The notes beneath the pieces are model-generated. The model made no database searches, was not told the origin of the DNA, and saw only the letters and a list, made by a program, of their open reading frames with translations. Positions 51,401-61,000 of a stretch of DNA of 64,000 nucleotides are shown here, in pieces. The stretch's first letter is position 1, and every line of letters starts with the position of its first letter. Location of the stretch: positions 23,374,001 to 23,438,000 of the forward strand of contig OX442314.1 of NCBI GenBank assembly GCA_949358305.1, written 5' to 3'. Made by a program: the position numbers and the translations under genes. Source of the stretch: Strigamia acuminata. Lineage: Eukaryota.

Positions 51401-52077
51401 AAAAAACCTTTATTTATTTTTTTTAAAAAGATAAAAACAAACAAACAGGAAAACGCAGAACAAAAAACGACTTTCATTAAACGGAAATTGCAATTCCTTC
51501 CAAAAAAAAGGAATTTTTCAAAATTTCCTATTTAATTTTTTTTCTTTTGCCACTCAACCCTTTACACACGATTAAACCGGCAAGTTGGGTGTTAAGAGAC
51601 AGTTACCTGTCAACACACCTATCATTACAATTATTATTCCTCAAATAAACCAACATTTTTTTCTCCCCTTTCCCTTTCCTTCACCTTAAAACGCCTTTTC
51701 TAAGAACCGTTTGTAAAGATGTCTATCAACAAATCACATGTTGCTCTATAATCAAGCTCCATATTGGAATTTACAGTTGTACATTAACCTGGCTAAACGG
51801 ATGGGTGGCAACCATTTTTTTTAAACATCACGACTTCCTCAAAACATTGTAGTAAAATCTTACACTCCTTTTACAAATATAACCCTAAATAAATAAACAA
51901 TCTAAACACTCCATTTCAAAATATTTAATTTTTTAATTGCAGGTGAGCGACGCTACAGGTAAAATCGCAGGTTGGATTGACGCTTCTGAACCTGGTGCAG
52001 GTAACTGGATGAAATACGTTCGCACCGCCCATTTGCATAACCTACACAACGTCAAAGCGACTCTCCTCAAGGGACAG
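9436..52077 (+). CDS. PRDM16: PRDM3/16 family (MECOM/PRDM16/hamlet-like) PR-SET transcription factor, exons 1-3; remainder beyond the right edge
   Basis: The join 9436-9472 + 35254-35636 + 51943-52077 is in frame: MRCKSKARKVTAN-DEEEVG...LPDQVELKESQVYGLGVWARTRVISNTHFGPFLGRLRSVPVSTAYSWQ-VSDATGKIAGWIDASEPGAGNWMKYVRTAHLHNLHNVKATLLKGQ. The N-terminus resembles recalled MECOM MRSKGRARKLATN and PRDM16 MRSKARARKLAKS. PR motifs GLGVW, FGP and IDASxPxxGxWxKY are present. Probably the single pro-orthologue of MECOM and PRDM16. Confidence 0.88.
15337..15369. repeat. 11-bp tandem repeat x3 (AACGTCGATTT)
   Basis: Three exact adjacent copies. Confidence 0.85.
16971..17212. mobile_element. Unclassified AT-rich interspersed element, copy 1
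   Basis: Shares the blocks TCAAAAATATATTTTAC, ATGCATTTCATAA, TATTTGACAAATAATA and CCCAATGCATTTCAAAATA with 19137-19390; begins CCCATATG. Confidence 0.65.
18159..18190. repeat. (AAC)n microsatellite
   Basis: About 10 AAC units with one interruption. Confidence 0.9.
19137..19390. mobile_element. Unclassified AT-rich interspersed element, copy 2 (MITE-like ends)
   Basis: Same blocks as copy 1. It ends CATATGGG, the reverse complement of the CCCATATG start of copy 1. Confidence 0.65.
22258..22465. mobile_element. 208-bp MITE, TcMar-Tc2 type, with intact TIRs and TA target duplication
   Basis: TA-CCGTATTTTATCGATTA ... TAATCGGTAAAATACGG-TA (TIR 16/17); a second copy lies at 32624-32836. Confidence 0.85.
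32551..32582. mobile_element. Left-end fragment of the 16971/19137 element family
   Basis: CCATATGATTCAAAAATGTATTTTACAATGTA matches the start of both longer copies. Confidence 0.5.
32624..32836. mobile_element. Second copy of the 22258 Tc2-type MITE, right TIR eroded
   Basis: Long near-identical blocks shared with 22258-22465, e.g. GTTAAATACGGAAACAATACCGTACTTTTGCAAAAATACG and ATTCGAGGGCGACTCTTAATCGGTAAA. Confidence 0.85.
35254..35636 (+). CDS. PRDM3/16-like coding exon 2 (acidic linker plus first part of the PR domain)
   Basis: Acceptor ...CTCAG| at 35253 (phase 1); donor CAG|GTAAGA at 35637 (phase 0); encodes a D/E tract and ELKES...GLGVW...FGPF...SWQ. Confidence 0.9.
36384..36615. repeat. 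31-bp minisatellite, about 7 copies (AAATTGAACAAAACGACTAAAATAAATGTCT)
   Basis: Units start at 36419, 36450, 36481, 36512, 36543, 36574 and 36605 (partial), with a degenerate unit at 36388. There are no unique spacers. Confidence 0.95.
37511..37591 (+). repeat. Inverted repeat pair, arm 1 (partner 40609-40677)
   Basis: TGTTTTGTTGTTTAAATGTGGTGCGCATGCCCACTGCGACTAAA...CGGCCGCCATTTTTCAAGTTAGAT is the reverse complement of 40609-40677, apart from a ~12-nt indel and a few substitutions. Confidence 0.9.
40609..40677 (-). repeat. Inverted repeat pair, arm 2 (partner 37511-37591)
   Basis: ATCCAACTTCAAAAATGGCAGCCGGTTTAGTCGCAGTGGGCATGCGCACCACATTTAAACAGCAAAACA. Confidence 0.9.
42008..42140 (+). mobile_element. 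Single end of a pogo/Tigger-like DNA transposon
   Basis: TA-CAGTCAAAACTCTTTATAACGAA start, followed by repeated CGAT(A/G)TAACGAA subterminal motifs; no matching opposite end seen. Confidence 0.6.
43007..43164. mobile_element. Possible hAT-type MITE remnant
   Basis: Several GGGCCC/GGGGCCCC motifs around an A/T core. The right end reads CAGGGGTTGATTTATGGGGCCC on the minus strand; the left TIR is unclear. Confidence 0.35.
51943..52077 (+). CDS. PRDM3/16-like coding exon 3 (135 nt, middle of the PR domain)
   Basis: Acceptor TTTTAATTGCAG| at 51942; donor CAG|GTAGGA at 52078; 45 codons including IDASEPGAGNWMKYVR. Confidence 0.92.
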
Positions 52078-54510
52078 GTAGGACCAAAAAAATATATATT
52101 TATCATTCACCTACTTTCTTTATCAATCAAACATCCAAATCAATAATTCCAGCTGACACTTTGCTATACTACAAACATATACATTTTTTATTTTACTCGA
52201 GTCATCATATTGATAAATGAGCTCTGCATGAATCACGTGTTTGACAAACATTAACACATGCATGAAAAGGGAGGTGCACACAAACACATGACAGGTGCCT
52301 AATGATCACCGGACGACCTCGACCTCACCCATGACTTACCTAAGTTCTGCACCCACACCTTAGAAAATTTCGGAATTTCAATTATTAAATATTTAAATAC
52401 CAAATGCAAATCTATTTGCAACCGGATTAATATTCCGCACGTTTCTCCCACTTCGCGACCCCCCCACGACCGAAATTTCCCCATCCTGGAAAGCGAGAAG
52501 ATGAATATAGGGAAACACGAGCATAGGGTGACTAAAGTCAATTACCTCTCCCCTAAGTGACCATTGCTTTGATCGATTCGACAATGTCCACTGTCAAGTG
52601 GGAGTTTCCATTTCATCACGCAGAGTCCAGCACAACATCTGCTTCATTTGAATTTAAAACAACGCTTCACTTTTAAACGATTTAAAAAAAAAAACCCCAA
52701 AAAAAAAATTAAAATTAAAATTAAATATAAACACCCAACCCACAATTGACAAACTCACCTGACCCCTCACCTCGTCCATTACGTCTCACATCACCACCTA
52801 ATTAACATTCACCTCAGTCCCTTCACCGCTTTAATCTACGGCATACGAGCATACCAAAAACAATCGCACTTGTGGCAGCAGCGAACCAACCTTTGACCGC
52901 ATTAGCCCACCATAAACCTCCATTTAAATATAAACAAAACACCCAAACACACGAAAAACGGACAGAAATCCGTCAATTTCCGCGAATTACCGATAATTTC
53001 GCCGAAAACGTCCACCCATGATGTTATTATTACAACTCCCATAGCCAATGGCTGCATCAGAACATCACCATCAAACTCTCCAGAGTGTTCTCAATTATAA
53101 CATTAGTTGATGTGTTTTTTTCTTCTTTCCCTTCCCCTTTTCTTTTAACACAACAACTAATAGCTCATCACCTTAAGGACTAATTTAAAACTCATCAAAT
53201 TGGGGAGGGGTTGATACACCCGAAGGTCGTTGTAACTTTGAAATTGCCCTTTTCGCATCTCAACACTGTCACAATGCGAGACACTCAATTTCATTATTGC
53301 TTCTACGTTTAATAATTATCCAAGTTTGTCTGTACACCTTTGGGCACACCTCTTATCTCAACATCTCGCAGAAAGAGGGTTGCCGTGCAGTTAAAAGGTC
53401 ATTGCAACTTGGCAAATATAGGTCCAACACGTGCAGCAACGTGATGACTATTTCGAAATGTCACAACAAACCAGGAAAAAAATAAATAAGACACTTTTCG
53501 AGAGTTACCTGCGCTCGTATATCTGTCCAACGAGTCATTTCCTTATTGTGCTCGAAGATTAGATGACATATTTCATCCCGGTAATAACAAACCAAATGAA
53601 TTTTATTTATTTATTTGTTTATTTATTTATTTATTTAAATTTTTTTAAATTTTTACTATTCTCGTAATTCGCTCGGACCTCACACTGGTTAATGTATTCA
53701 ACCCTTTAGGGGGCTGGAAATAGAAATAGGAGAAGTTTTATTGTTTATTGCACATACCAAACCCGGCTGTGGTTTTCGTCCATTTTTTTTTCTCTATCCG
53801 AAAATTTATTAATAATTATTGCTACCATTTTAAATTTTAAACTCTCGGGGGCAAGGCGTGTTCTCTTTTTTGGAGAAAAAAAATATGGAGGCCAGTGGGC
53901 AGTGGAGGAGTAAAAAGATGAAGAAAAAAAAATTGGTAACACCGTATATGAATCAGTGTGGTCATACCCCGTTGATTGCAAATGGCGTTAAAGCGCTCTT
54001 GATCTTGAATCCAATTATTTTAGCATAAAAAAAAATAATATATTGTATTTATCGACTGTATAAATTACGATTTATCGCCCGGAGAACAAAACTATACATC
54101 AAAATAGGAAATAATCCTAACGTTGAATTTGCCTATATATTATGGGCAGACGCGTTATAGAATTCAAGCGACAAGTGCGCATTTAGGACAGACAGATTTA
54201 TATCAGTTACGTGTGGTTGGACATAAATGCTAACCGTGTATTTCGTGACTTGAGACTTTTTTCCCATCCAAATTCCTCCTTGTTTTTAACCCAAGTCTTC
54301 ATACGAATCAACATTCTTTGGTCAATAGTCCTAACTACGAACAATTCCATTGTTTTTTTTTTCTCTCGTTGCATTACGAGGCCATTATTTACATTTCATA
54401 ACAATACGTCATTATTTTTACCCGTGCTCTTACGAAACTTGTTGCAACAGTGACATTAATTGTGTAATTTCAGTTTTAATAGCATTTAATACGGACTCAA
54501 GCACTACTAT

Positions 54511-54561
54511 TACCGTATATACACGTATACAACCTTTTTTCTATTTAATATATATACGGTA
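54511..54561. mobile_element. 51-bp internally deleted Tc2-type remnant
   Basis: Perfect 11-bp inverted ends including TA: TACCGTATATA ... TATATACGGTA. Confidence 0.5.
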
Positions 54562-57500
54562 TATTTTTTAATTTTCGGCGTAATGTATAAAATATTAATA
54601 AAACAAAAATAATTATAATCATTAAACCAAGGTGGTAATTTTCAATTTCACGGTATGAAACCAATTAATAGTTTTACAAGTGAATATTTTATTGCGATCT
54701 GGCTCATTGGCCTATTCTCTATAAGCCGAGATTGACCACACCTTAAAGAGACTACTCCGCTACCGCCTCTTCGCAGGGGTAAAATAAAATGATCACCTAC
54801 ATGGTAATGCGAAAGAAAAAAAAAATATTCAAACTGACAACACAAGCAATAAATATTTAAAAGAGAAGAAACGAAAAAATAACGTGAGATTACTAAACCA
54901 ATTAAAAAGATTCCCAGAATTTCCAGCTGCGTTGGTTTTACATTACATTCGAATTACACTTGCTTTTATTACACACGTTTTCCTTCCTCAAATAAATGTC
55001 TAAATCAACTGTGTTTTTCAAATACAAAAAAAAAAAAAAATTAAAAAATTAAAATTCGTCCCACCAGACTTCTGGTCCTTTAAAAGCTAAAAATTAAAGC
55101 GATCAATAACCTTCCACTCCAAACTCAAATTTTGAATGAAAAACGAATCCATTAAAAAAAGAACCGCTTCAAATCCATCAAATAACACTCCACCGTTCTA
55201 AATTCGCAACAATTCCAGCCCGAAAACAACAAAACAACAAAGATACCTTTCATCTTTAAATTCTTTGTCACGCAAAAATGGCGGAAAAACCCTTTCAAAC
55301 CCGGATCAAGCGCATCTATAAATCCAGTACCTTGTAATTTCATACTCGGGGCGTGACCAATAACCAGAAGCTCACGGCTTCTATCATGTGTAACCCTTTA
55401 GTTCCGCTCTTTTCGACTATGGGTCATTCATCCTTTTCAATTGTGGTGCCTCGAGAAACTGTTCTCCTTAATTTTTTATTTTTTCATTTACAATAACTTT
55501 TTTTTTTTTTTTTCTGGAAAATTCGCTTGTCCACCCGTCCCCTCATCAATCATCGAGTGCTCTCATGAATCTTTTCCCGCGTCTCTCGCCGCTGATTGGT
55601 TGCCCGCTTTAACACCTACACAATCATTATCAGAGGCCAATAGAGGCCAGTGCTACCCGGGCAAAACAAACTTCTTCACGTTCTACCTTCCTTCAAAGTG
55701 ATATTTTTTGGTTATAAACCTCCAGCGAAACAAGATTGATAGACTTGTGTAAACAGTAAACACGAGCCCACGTGCCTTACATTTTCAGCATATTTATTCG
55801 ACTTTTAGAGGTGTTTAAATCGCTGGCTTCGTGCTGAATCTCGAAAACTCCCTCAATAAACAACTAAACACTTTGCCCATTAACAAAACACTGAAATCTG
55901 ATTCTTAACCTTTGAAAATAAATAAATAAATAAAATTTAAAGTGCAATAAACTAATTATTTTCTACCAAAAATAGTTAAAATCTCTCTCATTCATCAAGA
56001 TTTAAACCAATTACCGATTTAAACTGAATGGAGAAGAGATAAATAAAAAAAAAATAAAAAAAATCCAATATTCAATGGAGCAAAAATGCAAAACGATCAC
56101 CAAACTCGTTTTAAAAAGCATCATGGCCCCTCCCAAAACAAATCTTTTTTAACACCACGTTGCTGATTTGTTTAGTGACGTCGTGGATGAATTTCATCTA
56201 CGGAGTCCGTTGCAATGGGCGTGACCGTCGACATTCATCTTGCCTCGCCATCCCTCCCTATCCTCACACACCAAATACAATTTTATTCTGCTATTTATAA
56301 TTGGGGAAGAAAAACGTTTTAATGGGCGCCACCCTCCTCGCGCCTCAGAAGTCAACAAACGCTGGTCAAGCTTGAAATTAATTTCCATTCACCAGTTTTT
56401 CTCCCCATTGACTCCATTTATATTATACTCAGTAGTCTCAGTACGGTTGATTTAAAAAAAAAACATTTGGAGCTACAATTATAACACTCAACTCAAAACC
56501 ATAACAAAATTAGCATAATTTAGTAATAATACATAACTATCTAAGTTGTTTGACCAAACTGACAAAATCCTAATAATAATCAGCGTTTGCAATTAGTTTT
56601 ATGCGCATTAAATCAGCGCTTCGTTAACCGCATCAAGAGTGAAGACCTTGCCGCGGTCATCCATACTCCCAAACGAAAAAACTAATTTCTTCAGGTGTAA
56701 AACACCGTTGCTGATGCACATCACATGCACTACTACAAAAATCTTGTATACTTTAATCAAATCAACCACAAAAATCTCCCCTTTTTACCAGAATTAATTT
56801 TTCAAAATTAATTTTCAAGGTCTACCTCCAATACAATCTAGAATTACACAACTAGAATGCTAATAATACTATTAATATTTAAAAAGAAAAAAGAAAAAAA
56901 AAAGAAAACAATTTTAATAATATAAACCTGAAAAACTTTCACGCTGTCACACTAAATTCAAGCTGTAATAGTTCCAGTTGCGTCGCAGCTTATAAATGAC
57001 ATTTTCACTACACTAACTAAGACCATTAGGCCTAATTTGCGAGTCAATTAAAACAAACCCATATCTTCATTCTTCGGCTCGGATTCCTCCGACTTAATTC
57101 GAACTCACAAGATTGTGAAGAAACAAAAAAAAAGCTGGCGACTAATTATTAGAAATTCAAATGAGACAAAACCAGAAGCCAAATGAGCTTGAGTTCCATG
57201 TACTATGAGCCATCATTAGAATCAATTCGATGTCCTGCCGATGCCTCCCAGCAACATATGTCCACGAACTATGATACAATCAGCCGGAGAAAAAAATTAT
57301 TTACACAACAAACCTCTCCTGGATGGGACACGAATCGAGTTAAACTTATTTCTTGTGTTGTTTTTTTATCAACCATTCCATCCAAACCTTTAGCTCACCT
57401 AATAAACGGAGAAACACTCATTATACATTCCTGTCGCATGTTTCGCGCAAAAACACGACGGCGCTGTGGCCAATCAGAGAAACACTCTTCGTAGTTCGAA

Positions 57501-57739
57501 CCTTAAATCACCGCCTCACCATCTTTTAGCCAATTTCAAACTAAAACACCAACTCGTAAATCTATGCCAAGAAGCTGTAGTCATCACTCCCAAAGTCACC
57601 AAAGGTTACCTTAACGCCTAGCGGTCACAATTCAAACTATTTAAAATGATAAAAATTCATTAACTGACACAAAACAGAACATATTTAAAGTTTTTTTTAA
57701 AAAAATAGTTAGAAATTAATGACATTGCACGAGTCAATC

Positions 57740-58090
57740 CATTTTTTGTTTAAATCTTCATTTTTTGTTCTAAATCTTCACTTTTTGTTCTAAATCTTCA
57801 TTTTTTGGCCTAAATCTTCATTTTTTAAATCAAAAGTTTCATTTTTTTGAGCCAAAAATCCATCGGTTAAAAGAAATATGCATTTTCTGGACTAAAAATG
57901 CATTTTCTGGACTAAAAATGCATTTTCTGGACTAAAAATGCATATTTTGAACTAAAAAAAAAAGCGTTTTTTGGACTAAAAATGCATTTTCTAGACTAAA
58001 AATTTATTTTCTAAATCAAAAAATTCATTTTCTGGACTAAAAATTTATTTTTTGGATCAAAAAATGCATTTTCTGGACCAAAACTTCATA
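57740..58090. repeat. ~20-bp degenerate minisatellite with two unit types (TTTTTTGTTCTAAATCTTCA and CATTTTCTGGACTAAAAATG)
   Basis: About 4-5 copies of the first unit, then about 9 variable copies of the second. Confidence 0.9.
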
Positions 58091-61000
58091 TACTACGCCC
58101 AAAAAAACTTAATTCGCTAAAAAATAGAAACAAGCCTCATTTTTCTATTGCAGCTGTATTGCACCAGAGATCTGCCATCCTTCTCCTCTTGAGCCGGTTT
58201 TAAAAACCTAAAACGTACAAATTACACCCATTTTTGTGATAATTACAATTAGAAAGCAAACAAATTAAAGTTAAATAAAGACTTTCAACTTCTCAAACTC
58301 CAAACCCATTTATTCCCTGACATTTCACATATAAGAGATGGTTTAATTATCTTTACCTGTCCAAACACCAACACACCTTTACCCTTTAGTCGTAAAGTAA
58401 TCAGTAGAAAGAGGGCGCTCAATTTAATTTTCAATTCTCCCATTTTGGACATAGGACAAACCATGTCACATCATTATATTTTCCTCATCCGCTTCATTCT
58501 TTTTTTTCTTCTTCATTTCTACCTTCGAGGCGATGACCCCGTCGGCCGTGCTGCGCTCTTCGCAGGGCCGGGCCGGGCAGGGCAGGGCAGTCAAGGTGGC
58601 GCTGAATGCTCATCTCGGAGGCCATCCATACTCGCCTTCCCCCCTAGGGTGCATCATCCCAAAAAATGTTGAGGCCACAAGAGGGCCGCGAGCTAGGGCT
58701 AGGTCATGGAGATAGAGATGGATGCGAAAAGCGGCCACACCAAACATATTACCTATTAGGCATTCCGACTCTTCCCCAACCCACCCCATGATCCACCAGT
58801 GTCTTCATGCCCCGGGCTCTTGCCCCCCCTCCCTGCCCCTCTGCACCGAGCTTCAGATTCTGTTGCACCTGATCAGGTGTGAGTACCAACAACATCTAAC
58901 AGATTAATATGTCATCAGATATCAATATTCCTTATACGCCCTTAACAACTAGGTTGTTGCTTTTTTCGCTTCTGAAAATCTCAGGTAGGAAAACTCTTTC
59001 CACTGTTTGCTTATCAACTAATGCAAATAATTAACTTTTATGCGCTTAGGCTTTTTACTGGTTTACGTGGGACGAGTAAAGCTACAAATTATTTTTATTT
59101 GACGCTCTTCGCATGCAAACATGTGTCTTTTGACCGTGAAAACAACAAACTACTAACTGACGACAACTTGTTGTTGATATTTTGAATAAATATTATCGAA
59201 TTAGTCTAAAAAATTTGATCAGACATTGCTGGAGTTAATATTTTCTTAATTTTTGGACACACTTTATTATAGTGCAATGCCTTGATAAATAAATGGTGTT
59301 TATGTGCTACACACTTTATATTGCAGTTTCTTAATTTTTTTTTCTTCTAGTCTGCTATTTTAAAAATTAAAAAGGAAAAAAAAATCAGTTAAAATCATAA
59401 TAATTTGAACCCAATGTGATTCCTTTGAGCACAGTTTGAGGTTACACGGATATATATTTTTTTCTTCAACTCTAATCCAAATTAATTCATAAAAGCTGAT
59501 GACACTAACCTAAAGGGCTAAAAGTTTCAAGTTTAAAAAAAAATAAAAAAAAATTAGATTTCTGCAGTTTTTCATCTAGATTTACCTTTCAAAATTTCAA
59601 TTATAAGTTTAACTGGGTGTACACACAGTTGTAAACAAATTTATGCAGAAACTTTGATGCAACATTCATTCTTGTTAACTTAAATCAATATCTAATGAAC
59701 TCAAATTTTGAAACTCAAAACAATTCCAACACAAACCGATTTTCTTCCCAAAATTCCAATTTCAACACCAAAAAAATGGCGAAAAACAAGAAAAAAATGG
59801 ATATTCGAGTGTCTCAATAGCGGAAGTATTTTTCCTCCCACGATAATTGAAGGTAGCAATCTTTTCCACGCAAGGAATCCGTTGGTAACTCTTCTTGTTA
59901 TGTAGGACGATGAGCCTGAAATTGATGCAAAAGCTACTCTTCAGCTACACAACGTGGGCGGGATGACTCGCCTGAACCATGCTTGGCTGAACGTTCTAAC
60001 TCTACCGTCACGTGATCTTTGGCTAATGACAATAATACACTAGAAAAATTGTTCTGTCTAAATAAGAGTTCAAAAGAGAAAGGAAACACATGGCCCGTGG
60101 GAAAAAAAATAAACAGCATCACACAAACACGTCAATCAGATGCCAAGAGGAAATAAATCCTCAAAATTTAAATCACAATTTCTCGACTTACAAAAAAATA
60201 AAAAATGGATATAACAACACACATTCATATTTAGTTTTGACATTTTTGATCGTAAAATTAATTAGTTTGAGACTATTAATTTCAACTCGTACGTTTTCCT
60301 CATTTTTTTCATTAACATTTCTGAAGAAACAATTTTTTTTTAAATTAATTATTTAGCAGATTTTAAAGCGAGAAAAAGAGAGAGAAAAAAAAGACAACTT
60401 TTGAACTAGGCGTCATTCGGATTGATAATTTACCCCACAGGTGGCTTTTAGGGTAAAAAGGAGTAAATGACCTTGCAGTCGAGAAGTAGTCCTAAATAAT
60501 ATTAGGGCTTAATGGATTAATTATACGGCATACAAATGAATTTAGTGCAAAACCTATAACCCCTTTTTTCTCTTTCTTTTTTTTCCATCTTTGTTTAAAT
60601 TCACATTAAGGTGGAGAACAATTTGCAGCCAATTCAAAAGCTATGCACAATAAATTACATTTAATATAAATTACAAGTTAGAAGTACGTAATATAAACAC
60701 ACGATAATGTAATGTACTCTTTTTATATTTTTATTTATTCATTTTTTTACAAACAACAACCCAAAAATAAAAAATAAATAAAAAAAATAAAAAATGTTAT
60801 TAACATTCAAATCCCGCATTTCGATAAATACACGCCTCCGATAATTGGAAAATAAATTTCAAAGTGCCATCTAATTACAGACCCGATTCGAAATATAAAA
60901 ATTCAAAATCCAGACGGGAATGTTTAGAAATTCATTCCAGCGTATTAAAGGTCATCTTTGTCAGTTAAACCGAAAGTAACTTCATTTTATTAACATATAA

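Noticed and set aside
35254..52077. Assignment to ZFPM/FOG (u-shaped) or PRDM1/Blimp1
   Set aside because: The MRxKxxARK first exon and the GLGVW / IDASxPxxGxWxKY pattern with these intron positions fit PRDM3/16 better.
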